Sequence record: DRR723986_10154
DNA length: 39,565 nt
Reading direction: 5' to 3' (one strand)
Below, one piece after another: positions 17,851 through 26,294 of the stretch (the first letter of the stretch is position 1; the number at the start of each line of letters is the position of its first letter). The translations under genes were made by a program, and so were the position numbers. The notes beneath the pieces were generated by a model. It was given only the letters and a program-made list of their open reading frames with translations. It searched no databases and was not told the DNA's origin.

Positions 17851-19098
17851 ATGAATTCACCACATCGTGTGGTGTCTACTTGCCTGGCTTTATTGTTTTT
17901 AAGCGCTTCTCCTGCTGCGTTTACTCAGCAAGCCATGCCTGTGGAAACCACTGTGACGGTTCAAGATGTCTTTGAATCGGCCTTGAGCATTGATCCAGAA
18001 GTGCAGTCGGCACTGAAGCGCATTGAAGCATTCAAAGCGAGAAGGAGTGCAGCCAGCGCCTTGACTGCCCAACCACTTTCACTGGAAGGGTCGTATCGAT
18101 CGGACCGGAACTACAACAACCAGGGCTTGCGAGAAATCGAGCTCGGTGTGTCCGCACCCATCTGGAACTGGAATGAGCGGGCGCGTACCCAATCATTGCG
18201 AGACACCGAAATTGAGTTGGTGCAGTTGCAACTTGAACAGAAAAAACTTGAGCTCGCTGGTCTTGTTCGCCAAGTAGTGTGGAATACGCTGGCTGCCAAT
18301 CTCGATGCCGAAATTGCACAGGCGCGACTTAAATCCGCGAAAGAGTTGATGGTGGATGTTGAAAAGCGGGTGAAGGCTGGTGATTTGGCCCAAACCGATT
18401 TTTATCAGGCTTCTGCACTGTATGAACAGACCCGAGCAGAATTTGCGCGAACTCAAAGCGCTTTAAGTGATGTGAGTGCAGATTATGCGGCCACCATCGG
18501 TTTGCCTGTTTCAGTGCTTTCACAGATTCAAACCGAGAGCACCGACATTCCCAATGGGCTGAAACCGCTGGATCACCCCGCGATCAAACTGGCGCAGCTT
18601 CAGGTGTTGGCCCAGCAGCAACAAAGCGATTTGGTGCAAACCCAGGCGCGAGCAAATCCTGAGGTGGGTTTGGCCATCATCAGCGACCGTGGTGCATTCA
18701 CCTCGGCCAGCGAGAAGTCTTTGGTGGTCTCCACGCGAATTCCTTTGGGTAACTCGTCGGAATATCAAAGCCGGGTGCTGCAGGCAGAAAGTGAAAGTAT
18801 TGCTGCCGAAGCGGCACTGACAAAAACCCAGCGGCAAATCGTTGTTCTTGGCCGTGCAGCCGAGAGCAACTTGGACCTGTTCGCGCAAATCAGGGTGTCA
18901 GCCCAAGAGCAGGCCAAGCTGGCCGCAAAAACCTTCGAGTTGTACAAAAAATCCTTCGATTTGGGTGAAACCGATTTGCCCACTTTGTTGATTGCCGAGC
19001 AAAAGGCCTTTGAGGCCGACAAACTGGCTCGGAAATCTGCCATTGAATATGCCGCAAAAGTTTCAGCCTACAAACAGGCCTTGGGACTTCTACCATGA
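17851..19098 (+). CDS. TolC-family outer membrane factor (CzcC-like)
   Basis: Signal peptide and two OEP repeats (RVKAGDLAQTD; SFDLGETDLPTLL). Confidence 0.9.
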   Translation: MNSPHRVVSTCLALLFLSASPAAFTQQAMPVETTVTVQDVFESALSIDPEVQSALKRIEAFKARRSAASALTAQPLSLEGSYRSDRNYNNQGLREIELGVSAPIWNWNERARTQSLRDTEIELVQLQLEQKKLELAGLVRQVVWNTLAANLDAEIAQARLKSAKELMVDVEKRVKAGDLAQTDFYQASALYEQTRAEFARTQSALSDVSADYAATIGLPVSVLSQIQTESTDIPNGLKPLDHPAIKLAQLQVLAQQQQSDLVQTQARANPEVGLAIISDRGAFTSASEKSLVVSTRIPLGNSSEYQSRVLQAESESIAAEAALTKTQRQIVVLGRAAESNLDLFAQIRVSAQEQAKLAAKTFELYKKSFDLGETDLPTLLIAEQKAFEADKLARKSAIEYAAKVSAYKQALGLLP

Positions 19099-19673
19099 AT
19101 AATATTGAGATCAACGTCATGAAACAGAGCAAATTTTTAACCAATGTATTGTCAGCCGCAGTGTTGGCCGGCTCGCTCATCTTCTCCACGACAGCTTACG
19201 CAGGCCCGGGTCACGACCATGGCGATGAAGCACCGGTTGCGGTGGGTGAAGCGTCGCCCCGCGTGGTCATGGAATCGGAATTGTTCGAGGCGGTTGGCAT
19301 TTTGAAAGGCCGCATGCTTGAAATTTACATTGACCATGCAGCCACCAATGCACCCGTACAAAACGCCAAGTTGGAGCTTGAACTGAATGGTCAACAAGTG
19401 CCTGTTGAACTGCACAGTGAAGGCGAATTTGATGCGCAGTTGCCCGAGGGAATCGAGGAAGGCACTGTGGCTGTCAGCATGACTGTATCCGCAGGCGACA
19501 ACATTGATCTTTTGGCGGGTGACCTGATTGTGGGTCATCACGATGACCTCGATAGTGTTGAAGAAGTGCAGTCACGTCTCTGGACAATAGTCTTGTACGG
19601 GATTGGTGGATTGTTGATTCTCGCGGTGATCGTGATCGGATATGTTCGTCTTAAATCAAAGGGAGACAAATAA
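19095..19673 (+). CDS. Periplasmic His-motif accessory protein with C-terminal TM anchor
   Basis: Signal peptide, then GPGHDHGDEAP, a beta-rich domain (SELFEAVGIL..IYIDHAATNAPV) and a C-terminal TM helix. ATGA overlap with the OMF gene. Confidence 0.75.
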   Translation: MNNIEINVMKQSKFLTNVLSAAVLAGSLIFSTTAYAGPGHDHGDEAPVAVGEASPRVVMESELFEAVGILKGRMLEIYIDHAATNAPVQNAKLELELNGQQVPVELHSEGEFDAQLPEGIEEGTVAVSMTVSAGDNIDLLAGDLIVGHHDDLDSVEEVQSRLWTIVLYGIGGLLILAVIVIGYVRLKSKGDK

Positions 19674-19675
19674 TC

Positions 19676-20788
19676 ATGTTGAAAAAACAGTTTGTTCTCT
19701 CTGTATTGGTATTCAGCTTGTCAGCACCGCTTTCTGTGTACGCGGGCCCTGGGCACGATCACGGCGACGAAGCACCTGTTGCAAGCACTGGGGACGGTCC
19801 CAAGCGACTTGCCACAGGCGAGGTGTTCCTGCCAAAACCTGCACAGCGGCAATTGGACCTGCGAACACAAGTTGTGCAAGTAAAACCGCAGGCCAAAGTA
19901 ATTGAAATGAACGGTCAAGTGGCACTGGATCCTCAATCAGGTGGGGTCGTGCAAACAATATTGGGTGGTCATTTTGTACCTGTTGACTCGGGCGTTCCTC
20001 GCTTGGGAGAGAAGGTCACCAAAGGGCAGGTCCTGGGTCACGTGCACATGCATCAAGCACCGCTGGAACGAAGCGGTCAACAGGCCCAAATTGCACAGAT
20101 CAATTCGGAGCTGACGTTGGCTAAACAAAGATTGGAAAGGCTCACCTTACTTTCCGACACTGTTCCCAAGAAAGAAATTCAAGCTGCTCAGGCACAGGTC
20201 AACAGTTTGACAGGGCAGGTGTCTGCCCTGTCGGGTGGTATCAGTTCACGCGAGGCGCTAAAAGCACCAACAAGTGGGGTTGTTGCGTCTACAGCCGCTG
20301 TATCGGGCAAAGTATTTGCCGAAGGTGATGTGCTGTTTGAAATCGTGAATCCCAAAGTGGTCCGAGTTGAAACCACTTGGTTTGAACCAAATGCCGTACC
20401 AGAATTTTTGTCTGCCCAGGTTCGCGCAGGCGAGAAGACTTTGAAACTCAACTATGTGGGTGCAGCCAGTAGCGTAAAAAATCAGTCGCTGTCTTTGGTG
20501 TTTGAAGCCCGCAACGTTGACGGTCCGCGGTTTCCAACAGGCCAGCTCTTGACCGTTTACGGTGAATTGGCCGAGAAGCTTGACGGTATCGCCATACCCA
20601 GTGCGGCCGTGGTTAAAAATGCGGCCAATCAAACCATTGTCTGGGTCAAGAAAGAGCCAGAACTGTTTGAGCCCAAGGTGGTGTTAACCGAGCCGCTGAA
20701 CGGCGTTGAGGTGTTGGTAAGAAGAGGCCTGACCGGTGATGAACGCGTGGTTGTTCAAGGCTCGACCTTGATCAACCAGGTTCGATAG
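19676..20788 (+). CDS. RND periplasmic adaptor (CzcB-like MFP)
   Basis: Signal plus GPGHDHGDEAP, lipoyl halves (GEKVTKGQVL; LKAPTSGVV), AIPSAAVV and GLTGDERVVVQG. Confidence 0.9.
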   Translation: MLKKQFVLSVLVFSLSAPLSVYAGPGHDHGDEAPVASTGDGPKRLATGEVFLPKPAQRQLDLRTQVVQVKPQAKVIEMNGQVALDPQSGGVVQTILGGHFVPVDSGVPRLGEKVTKGQVLGHVHMHQAPLERSGQQAQIAQINSELTLAKQRLERLTLLSDTVPKKEIQAAQAQVNSLTGQVSALSGGISSREALKAPTSGVVASTAAVSGKVFAEGDVLFEIVNPKVVRVETTWFEPNAVPEFLSAQVRAGEKTLKLNYVGAASSVKNQSLSLVFEARNVDGPRFPTGQLLTVYGELAEKLDGIAIPSAAVVKNAANQTIVWVKKEPELFEPKVVLTEPLNGVEVLVRRGLTGDERVVVQGSTLINQVR

Positions 20789-20800
20789 GGGGGCGTCGAC

Positions 20801-23800
20801 ATGTTTCAAATGTTATTGGACAGCAGCCTTAAAAACCGGCTGCTGGTACTACTCGGCGCGCTTATTTTGACCGTGTATGGGGCATATACGCTGACCCAAA
20901 CACCGGTTGATGTATTTCCTGATCTGAACAAACCAACGGTGACCGTGATTACTGAAGCGGGTGGTATGGCTTCGGAGGAGGTCGAACAATTAATTACGTT
21001 TCCTTTGGAAACAGCTTTGAACGGCCTTCCGGGTGTGGAGGTCATTCGCTCGGTATCCAGTGCCGGACTCTCGTTCATTTACGTGACTTTCAATTGGGAC
21101 ACTGAGATTTATCGTGCGCGTCAAATGGTGTCTGAGCGGCTTTCCAGCCTGGAAGAATCCATTCCTGCTGGCGTGGCGCCGGTGATGGGGCCGGTTAGCT
21201 CGATCATGGGCGAAATCATGCAAATTGCCATACCGATTGATTCGAGCAAGACCACACCCATGCAAGTGCGCGAGTATGCAGATTGGGTGCTTCGGCCTCG
21301 ATTGTTATCGATTCAAGGCGTGGCACAGGTGATCCCGATTGGTGGCGAAGTACGCCAGTTCCAGGTTCAACCAGATTTGCAGCGGATGGTGGATTTGGGC
21401 ATTACGATTGAGGATCTGCAGCAGGCCTTGAGCGGTTTTGCATCCAATACATCGGGCGGATTTTTGGCACTCAATGGCCGTGAGTACTTGATTCGAAACC
21501 TTGGAAGAACGTCGTCTTTGGAGGACCTTGCCAAGGTAGCCGTGGGTTCAAAAGATGGTGTGCCAGTGCTGCTCAAGCAAGTCGCCAAGGTTGATTTTGC
21601 GGCTGCAGTTAAACGGGGTGACGCCGGGTTTGAGGGCAAACCCGCTGTAATTTTGGGTGTGCAAAAGCAGCCAAGTGCCGACACCATTGCCTTGACCAAA
21701 AGGATTGAAGAAGCCCTGGTTTCCATGGGCAGCAGCTTGCCAGAAGGTATGGAAACGCCGCGTGTGACTTTCAGGCAGGCCAGTTTCATTGAAGCCTCAA
21801 TTTCTACCCTGCAAGGAAAGCTGATTGGCGCGTCGATATTTGTCGCTGCTGTGCTGTTTTTCTTTTTGGGTACGATTCGCCCGACCGTGATTGCACTGGT
21901 TGCCATTCCCGTGTCTATTTTCATCACGGCACTGGTGTTTGAGTATTTCGGGCTGTCCATCAACACCATGACGCTTGGCGGTTTGGCCATTGCCATTGGT
22001 GGTTTGGTCGATGATGCCGTGGTAGACGTAGAAAATATTCTTCGCCGCCTGAAGGAGCAAAGGGCCAAACACCCTGGTGTTGCTTTTGACCTGGTGGGCC
22101 TTGTGCGCAAGGCGTCCTTGGAAGTACGAACCGGCATTGTGTACGCCACGGTCATTATTGTGCTGGTGTTCATTCCACTGTTCGCATTGCCCGGTATTGA
22201 AGGCAAGTTGTTTGTTCCGCTGGGCATTGCATTTATCGTGTCTACCCTCGCATCGCTGGTAGTTTCGGTCACAGTAACGCCTGTGCTGTCTTATTACCTG
22301 TTGCCAGGCATTAAGGATCTTGACCATGGCGATACTCGCGTGTTGGCTTGGTTAAAGTCCAAGTACCAGGTTGGCTTGTCTGGAGTGCTCAATAACCCGA
22401 AAGCGGCAATCTGGGCGGGTGTGATTGCGGTAATTGTTGCAGGCGCATCTGTACCATTTTTCGCTAAAACATTCCTTCCGCCTTTCAATGAAGGCACCTT
22501 GCTGATCGGCATGCGCCTGAACCCTGGCGTAACCCTGGATGAATCCTCGAAATTGGCCTCACAGGCTGAAGTGTTGCTCAAAGACATTCCAGAAATTACG
22601 CACATCGGGCGGCGCAGTGGGCGTGCGGAGCTGGATGAGCATGCAGAGGGTGTGCATGTGTCCGAACTGGATTTGGGTTTGATTCCAGCCGGTGACATGA
22701 CACGACCCATGGCGGAGTTACAAGCGGAAATACGCGAACGACTCCAGAACTTGCCAGCGGCTATTGCTGTGGGGCAGCCAATCTCTCATCGAATTGACCA
22801 CATGCTCTCAGGTGTACGTTCGCAAATTGCGATCAAGGTGTTCGGGGAAGACTTGGATACCTTGCGTGGCACCGCTGAAACTCTGCGCGCAGAGTTATCA
22901 ACAATTGATGGGCTGGTTGACCTTGAAGTTGAGAAGCAGGTACTCGCACCAGAGATCAAGGTGCGGATTAACTACGATGCCGCATCCCGGTATGGTGTGT
23001 CTTCATCGGAAGTGTTGCACTCTCTACAGGCTTTGATTGAGGGCGAGAAAATCACTCAGGTGGTTGAAGGCAATCGTCGGTTTGCCCTGGTTTTGAAACT
23101 GGCAGAGAAAGACCGTAGCTTGGAGCAACTCAAGACCCTGCTGATACCGACCCCCTTGGGAGCAATTCCGCTGTCTGTTTTGGCGGACATTGAAGACAGT
23201 GATGGTCCCAACCAGATCAGCCGGGACGACGGGAAACGGCGAATTGTGATTTCTGCCAACGCCCAAGGCAGAGCGCTTTCTGAAGTGGTTGAAGACATTC
23301 GTACCACAGTTGCAAACACTGATTTGCCAGAAGGCTATTTCATTACCTTGGGCGGCCAGTTCGAAGCACAAGAAGAAGCCACACGGTTGGTGGGTTTCTT
23401 GTCCATTATTTCCCTGGTCCTGATGTTTGCGGTGCTTTACAGCCGTTATCAGTCGGTGCGCTTGTCGGCCATCATCATGGGCAATATTCCATTGGCCATG
23501 GTGGGCGCGGTTCTTGGCTTGTGGTTATCCGGACAGCCTTTGTCAGTGGCGGCGCTAATCGGGTTTATCACCCTGGCGGGCATTTCGGTACGAAACGGCA
23601 TTTTGAAGGTGAGCCACTACATCAACCTGATGCGATTCGAACACGAGCAGTTCACCCAGTCCATGATTGTGCGCGGATCGATGGAACGGTTAAGCCCCGT
23701 GTTGATGACGGCACTGGTTACTGCATTTGCCCTTGCACCTTTGCTGTTTGAAGCAGAGCGCCCGGGTACTGAAATTTTGCACCCGGTTGCAGTTGTAATT

Positions 23801-23920
23801 TTTGCTGGTCTGATCAGTTCAACCTTGCTGGATACCTTTTTAACGCCAGCATTGTTTTGGGTTTTTGGACGCAAAGACGCCGAAAGGTTAATGGAGCAAT
23901 CCGATGCTCAAGCACTGTAA
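20801..23920 (+). CDS. CusA/CzcA-family heavy-metal efflux RND permease
   Basis: PVDVFPDL, EEVEQLITFPLE, TM4 GLAIAIGGLVDDAVVDVEN, FLPPFNEG and ERLSPVLMTA; 1039 aa. Confidence 0.95.
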   Translation: MFQMLLDSSLKNRLLVLLGALILTVYGAYTLTQTPVDVFPDLNKPTVTVITEAGGMASEEVEQLITFPLETALNGLPGVEVIRSVSSAGLSFIYVTFNWDTEIYRARQMVSERLSSLEESIPAGVAPVMGPVSSIMGEIMQIAIPIDSSKTTPMQVREYADWVLRPRLLSIQGVAQVIPIGGEVRQFQVQPDLQRMVDLGITIEDLQQALSGFASNTSGGFLALNGREYLIRNLGRTSSLEDLAKVAVGSKDGVPVLLKQVAKVDFAAAVKRGDAGFEGKPAVILGVQKQPSADTIALTKRIEEALVSMGSSLPEGMETPRVTFRQASFIEASISTLQGKLIGASIFVAAVLFFFLGTIRPTVIALVAIPVSIFITALVFEYFGLSINTMTLGGLAIAIGGLVDDAVVDVENILRRLKEQRAKHPGVAFDLVGLVRKASLEVRTGIVYATVIIVLVFIPLFALPGIEGKLFVPLGIAFIVSTLASLVVSVTVTPVLSYYLLPGIKDLDHGDTRVLAWLKSKYQVGLSGVLNNPKAAIWAGVIAVIVAGASVPFFAKTFLPPFNEGTLLIGMRLNPGVTLDESSKLASQAEVLLKDIPEITHIGRRSGRAELDEHAEGVHVSELDLGLIPAGDMTRPMAELQAEIRERLQNLPAAIAVGQPISHRIDHMLSGVRSQIAIKVFGEDLDTLRGTAETLRAELSTIDGLVDLEVEKQVLAPEIKVRINYDAASRYGVSSSEVLHSLQALIEGEKITQVVEGNRRFALVLKLAEKDRSLEQLKTLLIPTPLGAIPLSVLADIEDSDGPNQISRDDGKRRIVISANAQGRALSEVVEDIRTTVANTDLPEGYFITLGGQFEAQEEATRLVGFLSIISLVLMFAVLYSRYQSVRLSAIIMGNIPLAMVGAVLGLWLSGQPLSVAALIGFITLAGISVRNGILKVSHYINLMRFEHEQFTQSMIVRGSMERLSPVLMTALVTAFALAPLLFEAERPGTEILHPVAVVIFAGLISSTLLDTFLTPALFWVFGRKDAERLMEQSDAQAL

Positions 23921-23946
23921 GTTTTTTTAACAAAAAGGAGATGAAA

Positions 23947-24339
23947 ATGAAATCAATCAAATTGCTGACAACAACTTTCGGTCTAGTTTTGGCCTTGAGT
24001 TCAGGTTTTGCTGTGGCACAGGAAAAAGATGAACACAAACTTGAGCCCAAACATGGCGGTGTAGTTGTTGAATCCAATCACATCGAGTATGAATTGGTGG
24101 TGAAGCCGGAAAATGTTCAATTGCATGCAGTTGATCACGGCAAGGTGATGGACTTGAGCAAGGCCAAGGCCAAAGTGGTGTTTCTGGTCGCTGGTCAAAA
24201 AATGGAAAGAACACTGGCGGGTCAGGGGGCGCTGTTGTCGGGTGAGGGTGTTGACTTGAAGGGCTCCGCCTACACCGCAGTGGCCACTGTGGAATTTGCC
24301 AACAAGAAGAAAGCCACAGTTCGATTTAAAACAAACTGA
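23947..24339 (+). CDS. Small periplasmic protein of metal-efflux clusters
   Basis: AAGGAG SD (ATG at 23941 or 23947), signal peptide, HKLEPKHGGVV motif and beta-rich body. Confidence 0.75.
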   Translation: MKSIKLLTTTFGLVLALSSGFAVAQEKDEHKLEPKHGGVVVESNHIEYELVVKPENVQLHAVDHGKVMDLSKAKAKVVFLVAGQKMERTLAGQGALLSGEGVDLKGSAYTAVATVEFANKKKATVRFKTN

Positions 24340-24348
24340 GTTTGGAAA

Positions 24349-24678
24349 ATGGAATTAATCAAATTTTCTGCATTGTTTGCAGTTACAGCCGTTTCTGAAA
24401 TTTTGGGCTGCTATTTGCCTTGGCTTATTTTGAAACAGGACAAGTCCCCATGGTTGTGGCTCCCAGCCATTGGGTTTCTTGTTCTGTTTGCCTGGCTGTT
24501 GACGTTGCACCCTTCGGCTGCCGGCCGCACGTATGCCGCCTATGGTGGCATGTATATTACGGTGGCTTTGCTCTGGCTTTACTGGGTTGAGGGGGTCAAT
24601 TTGACCCGATGGGATATTGTAGGCGCAGGCTTGGCCTTGGCGGGTATGGCGGTTATCATGTTGCAACCAAGCCCGTAG
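24349..24678 (+). CDS. ynfA: YnfA/UPF0060 family small membrane protein
   Basis: [30 protein letters not shown] and WDIVGA. Confidence 0.92.
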   Translation: MELIKFSALFAVTAVSEILGCYLPWLILKQDKSPWLWLPAIGFLVLFAWLLTLHPSAAGRTYAAYGGMYITVALLWLYWVEGVNLTRWDIVGAGLALAGMAVIMLQPSP

Positions 24679-24679
24679 C

Positions 24680-24709
24680 GCGGGATTGAGCGCCAACTTT
24701 CAATCCCGC
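24680..24709. terminator. Hairpin closing the metal-efflux operon
   Basis: 10-bp stem GCGGGATTGA/TCAATCCCGC immediately after the ynfA stop; no clear U-tract. Confidence 0.45.
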
Positions 24710-25029
24710 CAAACCCCGAAGGCGGGTCAGTTACTTCAGATTTATTCAACGTCGGCTCAAAGCCAATTTGAAGGTTTTCTATGTTGAAGATATCTTGTTT
24801 ACTCTAGGAAATCAGACGAATTTTGTTCCGAAGTATTTTGGTTGCACGTCCCATAGCCATTTCCCGCAGAAAAGAACGATGTTCAAAAAACCTTCTTCCG
24901 TGGCAGGATTATCGATCGAAGCTGCCGGATAAGCACTTTAGCGAATACGGCGGCTTCGGCCGACAAGCGGAAGTAGTAATCAATGCATTAAGCTCATTTA
25001 TTGCTTTAAAGGTCGTTCTTTCGCGGGCG

Positions 25030-25731
25030 TTATTCAGGTTCGAACTGGTCAATCAGGCCCTTGGAATCAATCCTATTCTTCCCAACACCACTAACGCCAA
25101 ATCCTACAGCATGAAAATTCAAGTCGTCGCTACTAGAAATAAGTTGCCTTAGTGCTTTCACATCTTGATTCTTTGGATCTAACCACACAGCCCAATCCTC
25201 TTTCGAAATCATCACTGGCATGCGGTCGTGAACCCGCTTCAGTTTTTCGCTAGGTTCTGTTGTAATAATTGCAGTGCTCATGACAAGTTCACCACTCGTT
25301 TTATCGATCCAGTGATCACAAACGCCAGCCATCGCGAAATAGGGTGTTTCTTCGGGGTAAATGTAAAAGGGCTGTTTGCGGTTTCCACTCCCTTCAGGCG
25401 GTGCTTGCCATTCGAAGTAGCCACTTGCGGGAATTAAACAGCGAAACTTTTTGAAAGCTGTCCGAAAAGACGGTTTCTCATGAACAGTTTCTCCGCGAGC
25501 ATTATTCAATTTCGCACTTCCAAATTTATCTTTTGCCCAATGGGGAATCAGTCCCCAAACATGGTTGAGAATTACCCTTTCACCTTCTCGATTTATTCGC
25601 ACCACAGGTACCCATGTAGTGGGTGCAATGTTGTAGCTGTTCTTGAAGGGGCTCTCTTCTTCCGTATAACGTGCATCGAAATGTGCTGTTAACCGGGAAA
25701 CTGGTCCTTCAAGAACATACCGACCGCACAT
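25030..25731 (-). CDS. SOS response-associated peptidase (SRAP; YedK/HMCES family)
   Basis: Starts MCGRY (catalytic Cys2), then YNIAPT, WGLIPHW, NARGET, RCLIPASGYFEW and HDRMPV. Confidence 0.95.
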   Translation of the reverse strand: MCGRYVLEGPVSRLTAHFDARYTEEESPFKNSYNIAPTTWVPVVRINREGERVILNHVWGLIPHWAKDKFGSAKLNNARGETVHEKPSFRTAFKKFRCLIPASGYFEWQAPPEGSGNRKQPFYIYPEETPYFAMAGVCDHWIDKTSGELVMSTAIITTEPSEKLKRVHDRMPVMISKEDWAVWLDPKNQDVKALRQLISSSDDLNFHAVGFGVSGVGKNRIDSKGLIDQFEPE

Positions 25732-25735
25732 AGCG

Positions 25736-25945
25736 CTAATCCCGCTCGTCCACCAATTCAAATAAGTCGCCCACTTTGCAATCGAACAGCTTGCATAGGG
25801 CCTCTATTGCTGCCAAATCAACCCTCGTTGCGGTCTCATTGTAGAGCAAAGTAATCGTATTTCTGTTCAGTCCAGTGGCTCTCGCTACGTCTATGACTTT
25901 CAATTTTTGCTCGCCCATGAGCCTTGATAAGTGGCATTTAATCAT
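25736..25945 (-). CDS. XRE/Cro-C1 HTH repressor, 69 aa
   Basis: MIKCHLSRLMGEQKLKVIDVARATGLNRNTITLLY..IEALCKLFDCKVGDLFE; no peptidase domain. Confidence 0.88.
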   Translation of the reverse strand: MIKCHLSRLMGEQKLKVIDVARATGLNRNTITLLYNETATRVDLAAIEALCKLFDCKVGDLFELVDERD

Positions 25946-25959
25946 TTTAGATATCCAAA

Positions 25960-26047
25960 TGTCATTCAAGATGACAAAAATGCTTGACATATGTACTTTT
26001 AGATGGCAATATGTCACCCAGGATGAAGAAAAATCATCTGAAGTACA
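25960..26047. promoter_or_regulatory. Divergent control region with sigma70 promoter and 3-4 operator-like repeats
   Basis: TTGACA (25984-25989), 17 bp, then TGn-CAATAT (26007-26012). Repeats TGTCATTCAAGATGACA (25960), TGTACTTTTAGATGGCA (25992), TGTCACCCAGGATGAAG (26012) and a reverse copy at 26032-26047. Confidence 0.7.
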
Positions 26048-26072
26048 GAAAGTTTAACGCAATGGAGGCTAT

Positions 26073-26285
26073 ATGTCACAAACTTTTTTAACCACTGAAG
26101 AGCTATCGACACGGATCAAATATGACGTGCGCACTATCCGCGATCGTTTGAAAGATTCTGTTTTGCTGGAAGGTCGCCATTATTTTCGTCCTTTTGGTGG
26201 CCGCAAGATTTTGTATGTTTGGGAAGTGATTGAAGCTGATATGCAGAAAGCGGCGTCTACCAAATTGATGGCTTCGGGCTTCTAA
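26073..26285 (+). CDS. Excisionase-like winged-helix DNA-binding protein
   Basis: 70 aa, FLTTEELSTRIKYDVRTIR..EGRHYFRPFGGRKILY, GGAGG SD, directly upstream of the integrase. Confidence 0.75.
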   Translation: MSQTFLTTEELSTRIKYDVRTIRDRLKDSVLLEGRHYFRPFGGRKILYVWEVIEADMQKAASTKLMASGF

Positions 26286-26294
26286 GGGGACATC

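Noticed and set aside
21367-22272. 301-aa antisense ORF inside the RND gene, and similar long antisense ORFs elsewhere
   Set aside because: Typical shadow frames of genuine genes caused by codon bias.
24700-24720. TCAATCCCGCCAAACCCCG as a possible attR copy of the tRNA 3' end
   Set aside because: Too many mismatches, and the matching part is the 3' arm of the hairpin after ynfA.
24823-25152. 109-aa plus-strand ORF
   Set aside because: It overlaps the SRAP 3' end on the opposite strand, has a weak start and no recognisable motif.
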